Of a DNA stretch of 30,537 nt, positions 17,525 through 27,280 are shown piece by piece. The notes below the pieces were generated by a model that was given only the letters and a program-made list of their open reading frames with translations, did no database searches and was not told the DNA's origin. A program made the translations under genes and the position numbers. This DNA is from Ignavibacteria bacterium (GTDB taxonomy: Bacteria; Bacteroidota; Ignavibacteria; Tepidaquicellales; OLB5). The DNA lies in the NCBI GenBank assembly GCA_027492415.1, contig JAPUEV010000027.1, forward strand, positions 1-30,537. Reading direction: 5' to 3'. The first letter of the stretch is position 1. Each line of letters opens with the position of its first letter.

Positions 17525-17663
17525 GAACAGCTAAACTTATCTTTGATCTCAAAATTTCCTTTTTAACCATGGAAACATGTTCTTTGCTTTCACCTGTCTT
17601 GATCCTGAATAATTTTACGGAAAATTTTATAAAATTTTCCTGATATCCTTTACACTTTACCAA
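17508..17663 (-). pseudogene. possible degenerate remnant of a four-helix-bundle (23S-IVP-like) gene
   Basis: 51-aa TTG-started frame LVKCKGYQENFIKFSVKLFRIKTGESKEHVSMVKKEILRSKISLAVLTLSF. KEILRSKISL loosely resembles the KQILRSGTSI motif. Confidence 0.25.
17619..17640. repeat. perfect 22-bp palindrome GGAAAATTTTATAAAATTTTCC
   Basis: Exact self-reverse-complement, read directly from the sequence. Confidence 0.9.
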
Positions 17664-17782
17664 TACAATATTTTTTATGGGACAAAATAAAGTATAACTT
17701 AAATGCTGCTAGGAATTATCCGGCTTCTATTTTAAAATTACTTTACAGAGCAATTTAACTTCAATCTGAAATTTTAATTCGT

Positions 17783-17790
17783 TAATTTTG
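17783..17790 (+). promoter_or_regulatory. TAnnTTTG element (TAATTTTG) upstream of S9 peptidase
   Basis: Context CGT-TAATTTTG-C, 40 nt before ATG 17831. Confidence 0.4.
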
Positions 17791-17830
17791 CTAAAACCTG
17801 ACTTTTATTAATCACAAATACTCTAAATTA

Positions 17831-19669
17831 ATGAAAAATCTTCAATTTGCTTCAAATTCTGCAAATGAAATACCCTTAAGGGATTTTTTCAGGAACCCGG
17901 TTAAAACTTATTACCAGGTATCACCCAACGGAAAATATATTTCATATTTAGCTCCGCATAACGAGAGGCTGAATATCTTTATCCAGGAATTGGGCAGCGA
18001 TAATGCCGCAAGGATAACCAATGTAACAACAAGGGATATCCCAAGCTACTTATGGGGAAATGATAATACTATCCTGTATGCGCGGGATAATGCCGGTGAT
18101 GAAAATTATCACCTGTTTTCTGTTGATATCAACGGAAATAATTTAAAAGATCTTACCCCGTTTGAAAATGTAAGGGTAAACCTTGTTGATGAGCTTGAAG
18201 ATTCAAAAAATGAGATACTTATTGAAATGAATAAAAGGAACCCTGAAATATTTGATGTTTACAGGCTGAATTTTGAAACAGGCGAAATGGAAATGACAGC
18301 TCAAAATCCCGGGAATGTTTCAGGGTGGGGCACCGATCATGACGGAAAAATAAGGATTGCAATGACAACTGACGGCGTAAATACCGGAATCATGTACAGG
18401 GATACAGAACAGGATGAATTTAAAACCATACTTACAACAGACTTCAAAGAAAACCTTTCGCCGCTGTTTTTTACATTCGATAATAAATATATATACGCAT
18501 CTTCTAACCTGGGAAGGGATAAAAGCGCAATTGTTAAATATGATATTAAAAATAACAAAGAGCTTGAAGTTCTGTATGAACACCCCGATGTAGATGTAAG
18601 TATGCTGGGATATTCAAAGAAAAGGAAAGTGCTTACATCTATTATTTATACTACCTGGAAGCGGGAGAAAGTTTTCCTGGATGATATAATAAAAAATATC
18701 TATGAAAGGCTTGAAGCTGAACTGCCGGGCTATGATATTGTAATTATCGATATTGATGACGATGAGCATATTTATATGATTAGAACTTACAGCGACCGCT
18801 CGCTTGGCGCACATTATTATTTTGACGCAAGAACAGGAGTATTGACAAAAATTTCTGAGGTAAGCCCGTGGATAAAAGAAGAAGAGATGGCTGAAATGAA
18901 GCCGGTAAAATATACATCAAGGGATGGCCTGGAAATTAACGGCTACCTTTCATTACCCCGGGGAGTTGAACATAAAAATCTGCCTGTTGTTGTTAATCCG
19001 CATGGGGGTCCCTGGGTAAGGGATGTATGGGGATTTAACCCTGAAGTGCAGTTCCTTGTAAACCGCGGCTACGCAGTGCTGCAAATGAATTACCGCGGTT
19101 CGATAGGCTACGGCAGGAAATTCTGGGAGATATCATTCAAGCAGTGGGGCAGGACCATGCAGGATGATATTACTGACGGCGTTAACTGGCTTGTTAAAGA
19201 AGGTATAGCTGACCCCAAAAGGGTTGCAATATACGGCGGAAGCTACGGCGGTTATGCAACACTTGCCGGTCTTGCCTTTACACCTGATGTTTATGCAGCA
19301 GGTGTTGATTATGTGGGAGTTTCAAATCTCTTCACGTTCATGAAATCAATTCCGCCATACTGGAAGCCGTACCTTGAAACTCTATACGCAATGGTAGGAC
19401 ATCCGGAAAATGATGCCAGGCTGCTTGAAGAAACATCGCCGGTTTTTCATGTTGATAAAATTAAAGCGCCGCTTTTTGTTGCACAGGGTAAAAAGGACCC
19501 GCGGGTTAATATCAATGAATCAGACCAGATGGTTGAAGCATTAAAAAAACGGGGTATCGAGGTGCCATATATGGTAAAAGATAACGAAGGCCACGGCTTC
19601 CAGAACCAGGAAAACAAATTTGATTTTTACGAGGCAATGGAAAGCTTTCTCGCAAAACATCTGAAATAA
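17831..19669 (+). CDS. S9 family serine peptidase (dipeptidyl/acylaminoacyl-peptidase-like)
   Basis: N-terminal beta-propeller (SPNGKYI), PHGGPW, NYRGSIGYG, nucleophile GGSYGG, DPRV, EGHGF; no signal peptide. Confidence 0.93.
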   Translation: MKNLQFASNSANEIPLRDFFRNPVKTYYQVSPNGKYISYLAPHNERLNIFIQELGSDNAARITNVTTRDIPSYLWGNDNTILYARDNAGDENYHLFSVDINGNNLKDLTPFENVRVNLVDELEDSKNEILIEMNKRNPEIFDVYRLNFETGEMEMTAQNPGNVSGWGTDHDGKIRIAMTTDGVNTGIMYRDTEQDEFKTILTTDFKENLSPLFFTFDNKYIYASSNLGRDKSAIVKYDIKNNKELEVLYEHPDVDVSMLGYSKKRKVLTSIIYTTWKREKVFLDDIIKNIYERLEAELPGYDIVIIDIDDDEHIYMIRTYSDRSLGAHYYFDARTGVLTKISEVSPWIKEEEMAEMKPVKYTSRDGLEINGYLSLPRGVEHKNLPVVVNPHGGPWVRDVWGFNPEVQFLVNRGYAVLQMNYRGSIGYGRKFWEISFKQWGRTMQDDITDGVNWLVKEGIADPKRVAIYGGSYGGYATLAGLAFTPDVYAAGVDYVGVSNLFTFMKSIPPYWKPYLETLYAMVGHPENDARLLEETSPVFHVDKIKAPLFVAQGKKDPRVNINESDQMVEALKKRGIEVPYMVKDNEGHGFQNQENKFDFYEAMESFLAKHLK

Positions 19670-19691
19670 ATTGCGAATTTAATATATCTCA

Positions 19692-20558
19692 ATGCACCAG
19701 ATATATATTACTTCTGCTGTAACAACTATAGCTGCGTTCCTGCTGTTAGGCGGTTTCATTAAATGGCGCTCAAAAAAAGAGGACAGGGATTTACTGCTGT
19801 TCTTATTTCTTATAGAGCTGCCTATGGCGTTCATAGCATTTTATCTTATCAGGATGCCGCTGGTTGACGGCTTCTTTAAGCTGGTGCTTGGCTCTCACGA
19901 AAATATTTACGGCTTTGTAAAGAACTTTTATGCACCGTTAACCGAAGAGCCCGCAAAGCTTTTCCCGCTCGTTTTCCCTTTCTTCCGAAACAGGATAAAC
20001 AAAGATAACTTTGTAATGGCGGCAATGGCTCTTGGGCTTGGTTTCGGTATTGGTGAAATATGGCTGGTTGGAAACTTTATAGCCTCAAGCGGGCAGTTTG
20101 CTGATATGCCCTGGTATTACTTTACAGGCTTTCTGAATGAAAGGTTCATGGTCTGCATTATTCACGGCGCTATGACATCACTGGCTTTACGCAAGCTTGG
20201 CAATAAATTCATATTGGGTATCCTTGCAGCGATGTTCATGCATTTTATGGGCAACTTCCCAATTTATCTTGCCAAAATTAACTTTTTAGGATTTGGCACT
20301 GAAACATGGCAGATAGTACTGCAGATATGGATCACACTTTTCTTTATTGCCTCTATATTAATACTTGTAAAAGGATTTATGGGCAATCTGAATATTACAA
20401 AGTTTTTCATGGGCAATTCAACCTGCCCGGAGTGCGGCAGTGTTTACCCGCCGCCTATGCTTGCAATGAACTGGTTCAATAAGCGTTATGAAAAATGCCC
20501 TAACTGTAAAAAGTGGCACTGGGTAACATTATGGGTAAAAGAACCGCCCGGTAAATAA
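19692..20558 (+). CDS. PrsW/YhfC-like glutamic-type intramembrane protease with C-terminal zinc ribbon
   Basis: APLTEEPAK, GLGFGIGE, ER..IIHG, MHFMGN in TM segments; CPECG...CPNC at the C-terminus. Confidence 0.75.
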   Translation: MHQIYITSAVTTIAAFLLLGGFIKWRSKKEDRDLLLFLFLIELPMAFIAFYLIRMPLVDGFFKLVLGSHENIYGFVKNFYAPLTEEPAKLFPLVFPFFRNRINKDNFVMAAMALGLGFGIGEIWLVGNFIASSGQFADMPWYYFTGFLNERFMVCIIHGAMTSLALRKLGNKFILGILAAMFMHFMGNFPIYLAKINFLGFGTETWQIVLQIWITLFFIASILILVKGFMGNLNITKFFMGNSTCPECGSVYPPPMLAMNWFNKRYEKCPNCKKWHWVTLWVKEPPGK

Positions 20559-20634
20559 TTTCATAATCGAAAATTATTTAAATATTTTTATTCCTGTTTC
20601 TAATATTCCGATTTCTATATCTTTACGTATCTAA

Positions 20635-23600
20635 ATGAATAATTTCCTCATATACCGCTCATCAGCAGGCTCCGGTAAAACCTATACCCTGGTTAAGGAG
20701 TACCTTAAGCTTATTTTAAACGACCCTGAGTCATTTAAGAATGTGCTTGCGGTTACATTCACCAATAAATCTGCAAGTGAGATGAAATCACGTATTATCT
20801 CCTCTCTTACAAAGCTTTCAAAAGGTGAAGATGAAAAATTGAAAAGTACACTGGTATCAGAAGGTGTAAAAGGGAACATTGAGAACGCTTCGAATGTAAT
20901 ACTTAAGAATATACTGCATAAATACTCTTACTTTTCTGTTTCAACTATAGATAGTTTTTTTCATAAAGTTATACGCTCCTTTGCAAGAGAGCTTAAGCTG
21001 CAGCTTGGATATAATATAGAGCTTGACCAGCAGGCTGTACTTGATAAAATCACCGATAAGCTTTTGGATGATGCAGGAATTGATAAAGATCTCACCGGTT
21101 TCCTGGAGGATTTCATTTATTACAGTATTGATGATGAAAAAGGCTGGAAGATTGACCTGAAAATTAAGGAGCTGGCTAACGAAATATTTTCCGAAAGATA
21201 CATGTTAAGGGCAGCTTCCGGGAATGACAGGCTTGAAAGCAGGTCAAAGCTTAAAGAGTTTATAGGGGCCCTTTTTGCAATTAAAAATGAATTTGAAGGC
21301 AGGATGAAGCTTATTGCCGGTGATGCTGATAATATTATGGATATGTACAGCCTTGTGATAGATGACTTTCCTTATAAAAAAGCCGGCTTTATGAATTACC
21401 TGGTTAATAAGATCCGCAATGGTGAGTTTGAGCCGGGTCAGCGTGCCAGGGAAGCATCAGGAGAAATAAAGAAATGGTTCGGCAAAACATCCAAACCCGC
21501 AGTAAAAGCAGCCGCAGAAGCAGGTTTATTTGACCTGCTAAGCGCAGCAGTAGAAAATTATGATAAGAATTTTACAAAATATAATTCAGCAGCACAGCTG
21601 GTTAAAACTATTTATATAACAGGGATATTCAAAGATCTTGTTGATAAGCTGAAAAAATACAGGGATGATAACAATGTTCTGCTTATATCTGATATAAATA
21701 ATTTACTGCTGAATGTGATATCAGGTGAAGGAAGCCCTTTTGTATATGAAAAGATCGGAAGCTTTTACAGGAATTTTCTAATTGATGAGTTCCAGGATAC
21801 ATCAACATTCCAGTGGCAGAACTTCTTCCCGTTAATTGAAAATTCACTGAGCGAAAGCAACAGCTCACTGATAGTAGGTGATGTAAAGCAATCAATTTAC
21901 CGTTGGCGTAACGGCAACATGAAGCTTCTGCTTGAAGATGTTAAGCTATCACTGGGGGGATTCAGTGAGCAAATTAAGGAAGAAAGCTTACGGGTAAATT
22001 ACAGGAGTAAAAGAAGGATAGTTGAGTTCAACAACAGCTTTTTTAAAAAAGCTGCCGAAGTATGTATGGCAAATTGCGAAGAAGGATTCGGCGATGTAAT
22101 AATTAAGGCGTATGAAGATACTGTTCAGGATGCTGCTGATAAGAGTGATTCAGGCTATGTAAATATTTCATTCTATAAAGGTGATGAAGAAACCGGCGTT
22201 ACATCCAAAGAAGCAGCCGTTTCTGAAATGATCGCAAATATTAAGCGTCAGTTTTCAGGCGGTTACAGGCAGCGGGATATGATGATACTTGTCCGCAATA
22301 ACTCCGATGCTGCCCATGCTGCCCATGAACTGATAGATGCCGGGCTTAAAGTGGTTTCAAGCGATTCATTGCTTTTAACAAACTCGCCCAAAATTAGGCT
22401 GCTGATAAACATTTTTAAATATATAACAGATACTGGCAATGTAATAGCCCGAGCAGAGATACTTTACAACTATCTGAAATATTTAAGAGAATCAGATGCT
22501 GATCTTAACATAATATTTACGGATCATTTTTATGATAATGAACCGGCGAAAACTCTGTTCAGAAATGAGCTGCCTGATGCATTCTTTGAAAAAAATAATT
22601 CACTGCAGTTTAGCAATAAGCTTTCCGGGCTGGGGTTGTATGACCTTGCCGAAGAGCTGATATGTATTTTCGGGCTGGGTAATTCTGCTGATACGTATCT
22701 TATCAGATTCCTTGATGTGCTGAAAAAATACTCGGATGAAAATAACAGCGATGTGTATGGATTCATTGGCTGGTGGGAAGAAAATAAAGCGGATAACACA
22801 ATCATTGTGCCTGATGAAGAGGACGCAATACGCGTTATGACTATTCATAAAGCAAAGGGGCTGCAGGCTCCGCTGGTATTTATCCCTTTTGCTAACTGGG
22901 AGTTTAACCTGAACGCGAACCGCAACCTTATCTGGGTATCTTCAGATAAGATGCCATTTGACGCTTCACCTGCTTATTTTGTGAAGGCATCTCCTGCACT
23001 TAAGGAATCATATTTTGCTGATGATTACAGCCGGGAGGCAGCCTTAACTAACCTGGATAACCTGAACCTGATGTACGTTGCTTTTACACGCGCTGAAGAA
23101 AAATTGTTTATAGGTATTCCCCAAAAAGGCGTTAAATCATTCAATGCCGGCAGGATAATTTATGAAACATTAACCGGCACAGAAGAGCTTTCGGGAAAGT
23201 TTGACACTCAGACATATATTTACGAAGATGGAGATATTGCTGCAAAAGCGCCGGATAGAAAACAGGTCAGCGGTAATTCATCATATAATATTGATTCAAT
23301 GATTACAGGTAATATTTTTGATAAGATAATCGTTAAGCCAGAGTTTGATGATTTTACTCCTGAAGCAAAAGCTGACATTAAACAAATGAAAAACAGGGGA
23401 GTAATACTGCATAAAGCATTATCGCTATTAAATAATTCATCTGAAGCTGAAGTTGATAAGGCTGTGAATAAATTGCTTATCATTGGAATGATAAATATTG
23501 AGCAGACCGAAAAGCTTAAAGAAGAAATTAAGGATATACTTTCTTCAAGTGAAGTAAAAGGCTGGTTTGATCCTGCAAATAAAACTATGAATGAACGGGA

Positions 23601-23814
23601 TATCATTTTACCTGATGGCAGCCTGTACAGACCCGATAAAGTGATACTGAAGGAAAACAGTACAATTATAATAGATTATAAATCAGGCAGCAGTAAAGCT
23701 GAACATAAAGAACAGATAAATGTGTATGGAGATATATTAGGCAGAATGGGATATAAAAATATAGAAAAGTATCTGTATTATATAAATGATAAAAAAATAG
23801 AAGCGATAAAGTAA
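20635..23814 (+). CDS. addA: AddA-like UvrD helicase / RecB-type nuclease
   Basis: SAGSGKT, VTFTNKSASEM, STIDSF, IDEFQDTS, VGDVKQSIYRWR, NYRS, MTIHKAKGL, YVAFTRAE; C-terminal RPD..IIDYKSG nuclease. Confidence 0.92.
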   Translation: MNNFLIYRSSAGSGKTYTLVKEYLKLILNDPESFKNVLAVTFTNKSASEMKSRIISSLTKLSKGEDEKLKSTLVSEGVKGNIENASNVILKNILHKYSYFSVSTIDSFFHKVIRSFARELKLQLGYNIELDQQAVLDKITDKLLDDAGIDKDLTGFLEDFIYYSIDDEKGWKIDLKIKELANEIFSERYMLRAASGNDRLESRSKLKEFIGALFAIKNEFEGRMKLIAGDADNIMDMYSLVIDDFPYKKAGFMNYLVNKIRNGEFEPGQRAREASGEIKKWFGKTSKPAVKAAAEAGLFDLLSAAVENYDKNFTKYNSAAQLVKTIYITGIFKDLVDKLKKYRDDNNVLLISDINNLLLNVISGEGSPFVYEKIGSFYRNFLIDEFQDTSTFQWQNFFPLIENSLSESNSSLIVGDVKQSIYRWRNGNMKLLLEDVKLSLGGFSEQIKEESLRVNYRSKRRIVEFNNSFFKKAAEVCMANCEEGFGDVIIKAYEDTVQDAADKSDSGYVNISFYKGDEETGVTSKEAAVSEMIANIKRQFSGGYRQRDMMILVRNNSDAAHAAHELIDAGLKVVSSDSLLLTNSPKIRLLINIFKYITDTGNVIARAEILYNYLKYLRESDADLNIIFTDHFYDNEPAKTLFRNELPDAFFEKNNSLQFSNKLSGLGLYDLAEELICIFGLGNSADTYLIRFLDVLKKYSDENNSDVYGFIGWWEENKADNTIIVPDEEDAIRVMTIHKAKGLQAPLVFIPFANWEFNLNANRNLIWVSSDKMPFDASPAYFVKASPALKESYFADDYSREAALTNLDNLNLMYVAFTRAEEKLFIGIPQKGVKSFNAGRIIYETLTGTEELSGKFDTQTYIYEDGDIAAKAPDRKQVSGNSSYNIDSMITGNIFDKIIVKPEFDDFTPEAKADIKQMKNRGVILHKALSLLNNSSEAEVDKAVNKLLIIGMINIEQTEKLKEEIKDILSSSEVKGWFDPANKTMNERDIILPDGSLYRPDKVILKENSTIIIDYKSGSSKAEHKEQINVYGDILGRMGYKNIEKYLYYINDKKIEAIK

Positions 23815-23820
23815 ATTTAA

Positions 23821-26661
23821 TTGATACCTTTTTTAAATAAATTAGCAACAGAGCTGTTTACTAAGTACGGCAAAGATATTTCTGCTGTTCAAATAGTATT
23901 TCCATCAAGAAGAGCAGGGCTGTATTTTAAGAAATATCTTTCTGAAATGGTGAATGAACCGGTATGGTCACCTGTGACCTGCGGAATAAGTGAGTTCATA
24001 AGTGAAAATTCTGATAAGCTGGTGGCTGATGAGCTTACACTGATCTTTGAGCTGTTTGAAGTTTACAAAAAATACGCGCCTGAAGTAAGCTTTGATAAGT
24101 TCTACCCCTGGGGTGAAATTATTCTTCGTGATTTTGACGAGATAGATAAAAACCTTGCCGAAGCTGATTATATTTTCAGGATACTTAGGGAACATAAAAA
24201 GATTGAAGAGGATTTTGAGTTCAATATTTCAGATATCGAAGAGTTCTACCGCTTCTGGAACAGCTTTTCAGGCAAGGATATTACAGGGCTGCAGGAGGAA
24301 TTCATAAAAACGTGGGAGATACTGGGGAAGGTCTACCATGAGTTCAGAGCGGCGCTGGTTAAAAAGAATATCTGCTATGAGGGAATGGCTTACAGGAAGC
24401 TTTATGAAAATGTTAAGACTAAGAAATTCAGTACAGAGTATAAAAAAATAATATTTGCCGGATTTAACCAGCTTAACAAGTGCGAAGAAGGTATCATATC
24501 AGGCTTGCTTAAACAGGGGGTAGCCGAAACTTTCTGGGATGCCGATAAATATTATACCAAAGATAAATTCCAGGAAGCCGGTAAATTCCTTAGGGATAAC
24601 TTTGTAAAGCTTGGTGTTAATGAACCTGAGTGGGAAGAGGATTCACTTTCAAATTCAGAAATAAATATAAATATAATCGGCTCACCGCTAGAAGTATCTC
24701 AGGCAAAAGTGCTGGGTAATGAGCTATCCCAATTGCCTGCAGGCAACCGGTTGAAAACCGCTATTGTACTGCCTGATGACAGCCTGTTAATGTCTGTACT
24801 GCGCTCTATACCAGCAAATATCGATAAGATAAATATCACAATGGGTTATTCATTTAAGAACTCATTGTTATACAGCCTGTTCGAAGCTTTGAGCGACCTG
24901 AACCTGAACAGCAGAGGAGAAGGCAGGTCAAAAGAGTATTATCATAAGGATATCATTAACGTTCTTTTCCATCCTTATATCCGTGAATCAGCTCCGGATA
25001 TAATTAACAATGCAGTTAACACAATAAATAAAAGAAACATTATTTATGCATCTGCCAAATACCTGAAAAAGATATTTACCGGAACAAATGAGCTGGTTGA
25101 TCTGGTATTCGGGTCCGCAGAAACTGCCGGCGAATCATATTCATATATATCGGGAATAATAATCAGGCTTTCAGGCTCTGCAGCAAACAGCAGCCACGCC
25201 AGTGTATACGAAAATGAATTCTTAAGGAAAGCATTTACTGAACTTAACAGGATAAAAGATATACTCGATAAGTATTCAGCTGATGTTGACAGGGAAACCT
25301 TCTGGAACATACTGCTTGAAAACTCAAAGCGGTTGAAGATACCGTTTTCAGGAGAACCCCTTGAAGGAATTCAGATAATGGGTATGCTTGAAACAAGATC
25401 GCTTGATTTTGATAATGTATATATACTTTCGGTGAATGAGGGAATCCTACCCAGGGAAACCGGGATGAGCTCTTTTATTCCCTATGCAATTAAAAAAGCA
25501 TTTAAGCTTCCGGTAAGCGAAGATACAGAGGCAGATTACGCATATTATTTTTACAGGCTTTTGCAGAAAGCCAAAAACGTAACATTGATTTATAATACTG
25601 AAACCGGAATAATATCAGCGGGTGAAAAAAGCAGGTTTATTATGCAGGTTGAAAGTGAGCTTGCCCTGGCGAATAAAAATATAAAGCTGCAGAATCAATT
25701 ACTTGCAGGTGATATCGGGCTGCCTAAAAGAAGAGAAATTACAATTGAAAAATCAGATGAAGTGCTTGAGCTTCTGAAAAATGAAAAGCAGTTTTCTGCT
25801 ACAACATTAAGCTCATATATAAACTGTCCGCTGCAGTTTTACTTTAAAAAAGCCGCTAAGCTGAAAGAAGAAGAGGAAGTTGAGGAATATTTCTCTGCCG
25901 CAGCGTTCGGTAATATCTTCCACCAGCTTATGGATATCATTTACAGGGAGGATGTTGGCAAAGAGCTGACAGGTGATATGATTAGCTTAAAGATTGAAGA
26001 GTTTAACAGTAATTATGATAAGTTATGGGAACAGGCATGTGAAGAGATGAAAGAGTATGCAGAGTTTAAAGTAATAAAGCAGGGAAAGAACCTGCTGTAT
26101 AAACGCGTTATACACAAGCTTGTTGGCAAGGTACTGGATAATGACAGGGACCAGGCTCCTTTTACAATAATTGAGCTTGAAAACGATGCCCGGCGTAAGG
26201 TTACACTAAATATAAACGGCGCTCAAACTGAAGTGAACTTATACGGCAGGCTGGATAGAGTTGAGATGAAAGATGGTATTACAAGAATAATAGATTACAA
26301 AACCGGTACAGTTGATACATCAAAGCAATCCGCAAAAGTAACTGATACAGATCATATTGAGAGGATTTTTGAAGATGTAAAGTTCAAAGAGAATTTTCAG
26401 CAGCTGTTTTATGCATCATTGTTCCTGAATAAAAATACAGGCTCAAAGCTTGTTGTCGGTATATACCCTTTAAAGAAAATTTCTGACGGAGTTTTCTGGT
26501 TTGAAAATGAACCGATTACACCTGAAAAGAAAGCTATGTTTGAAGCAAAGCTTTCAGAAATATTAAACCGGATTTTTGATAAAGTTACCCCGTTTTCACA
26601 AACCACAGATATTGACCGTTGTAAATACTGCCCCTATAAATCAATCTGTTACAGAGATTAA
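23821..26661 (+). CDS. addB: AddB-like PD-(D/E)XK nuclease subunit with 4-Cys Fe-S staple
   Basis: IVFPSRRAG, GIQIMGMLETRSLDF, LSVNEG..P, SATTLSSYINCPLQFYF, GRLDRVE..IIDYKTG, CKYCPYKSIC; 6 nt after addA. Confidence 0.88.
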   Translation: MIPFLNKLATELFTKYGKDISAVQIVFPSRRAGLYFKKYLSEMVNEPVWSPVTCGISEFISENSDKLVADELTLIFELFEVYKKYAPEVSFDKFYPWGEIILRDFDEIDKNLAEADYIFRILREHKKIEEDFEFNISDIEEFYRFWNSFSGKDITGLQEEFIKTWEILGKVYHEFRAALVKKNICYEGMAYRKLYENVKTKKFSTEYKKIIFAGFNQLNKCEEGIISGLLKQGVAETFWDADKYYTKDKFQEAGKFLRDNFVKLGVNEPEWEEDSLSNSEININIIGSPLEVSQAKVLGNELSQLPAGNRLKTAIVLPDDSLLMSVLRSIPANIDKINITMGYSFKNSLLYSLFEALSDLNLNSRGEGRSKEYYHKDIINVLFHPYIRESAPDIINNAVNTINKRNIIYASAKYLKKIFTGTNELVDLVFGSAETAGESYSYISGIIIRLSGSAANSSHASVYENEFLRKAFTELNRIKDILDKYSADVDRETFWNILLENSKRLKIPFSGEPLEGIQIMGMLETRSLDFDNVYILSVNEGILPRETGMSSFIPYAIKKAFKLPVSEDTEADYAYYFYRLLQKAKNVTLIYNTETGIISAGEKSRFIMQVESELALANKNIKLQNQLLAGDIGLPKRREITIEKSDEVLELLKNEKQFSATTLSSYINCPLQFYFKKAAKLKEEEEVEEYFSAAAFGNIFHQLMDIIYREDVGKELTGDMISLKIEEFNSNYDKLWEQACEEMKEYAEFKVIKQGKNLLYKRVIHKLVGKVLDNDRDQAPFTIIELENDARRKVTLNINGAQTEVNLYGRLDRVEMKDGITRIIDYKTGTVDTSKQSAKVTDTDHIERIFEDVKFKENFQQLFYASLFLNKNTGSKLVVGIYPLKKISDGVFWFENEPITPEKKAMFEAKLSEILNRIFDKVTPFSQTTDIDRCKYCPYKSICYRD

Positions 26662-26705
26662 TGCTGTTACATATGTAAACGTTTGTAAAAGTCGGCGTTT
26701 GGCTT

Positions 26706-26733
26706 AAACTTTTTGCGCTGTTTATTTGTCTTA
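26706..26733 (+). promoter_or_regulatory. candidate ECF-sigma-type promoter AAAC-N18-GTCTTA upstream of the Spy-like gene
   Basis: AAAC at 26706-26709 followed by a T tract, GTCTTA at 26728-26733, 50 nt before the ATG. Confidence 0.5.
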
Positions 26734-26783
26734 GTATTAAAGGGACTTTAAACAGCATTTTCTATAAACCAAACTATAACTAA

Positions 26784-27248
26784 ATGAATATAACAAAACA
26801 CAGCAGCAAAGCAATAAGCTTTAAGGCATTAGGAATGTTAATAATGCTTATTGCCGTGATGTTCTCAGCAGCAAATTCTTACAGCCAGGATAACGGCGAA
26901 AAAAGACAGAAAAAGACTCCCGAAGAGCGCGCGCAGAAAAGAGCGGATAAAATGAAAGAAAAGCTATCGCTTACTGATGACCAGCACAAGCAGGTTTATG
27001 ATATTTTTCTTTCACAGACAAATGAAATGAGATCACTGCATGAATCAGGTAAAAATGACCAGGATAAAACTGCAAGGAAAGAAAAGATGAAATCTCTAAG
27101 GGATTCATACAATTCACAGATAAACTCAGTTCTTACATCTTCACAGCAGCAGCTTTGGGAAACGCATAAGAAAGAAATGAAGGAAAAGCACAAAGGAAAA
27201 AAACACCACGGCAAAAAGCATAATAAAGGCGAAAAGAAAAAGAACTAA
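26784..27248 (+). CDS. Spy/CpxP-like (LTxxQ motif) periplasmic helical protein
   Basis: Signal peptide; LSLTDDQHKQV and VLTSSQQQLW (two LTxxQ motifs); Lys/Glu/Met-rich helices and a Lys/His tail. Confidence 0.8.
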   Translation: MNITKHSSKAISFKALGMLIMLIAVMFSAANSYSQDNGEKRQKKTPEERAQKRADKMKEKLSLTDDQHKQVYDIFLSQTNEMRSLHESGKNDQDKTARKEKMKSLRDSYNSQINSVLTSSQQQLWETHKKEMKEKHKGKKHHGKKHNKGEKKKN

Positions 27249-27280
27249 TGCACTAAAGCAGTTTTAGACGCATATTATCA

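Noticed and set aside
17573-17601. AAAC-N19-GTCTTG, a near-match to the candidate ECF motif
   Set aside because: The spacer and last base differ, and it is about 230 nt from the next start codon.
20635-26661. Helicase plus PD-(D/E)XK nuclease pair as a possible defence system or Cas4-like module
   Set aside because: Size, motifs and the four-Cys staple fit ordinary AddAB repair genes, and there are no CRISPR repeats or defence partners nearby.
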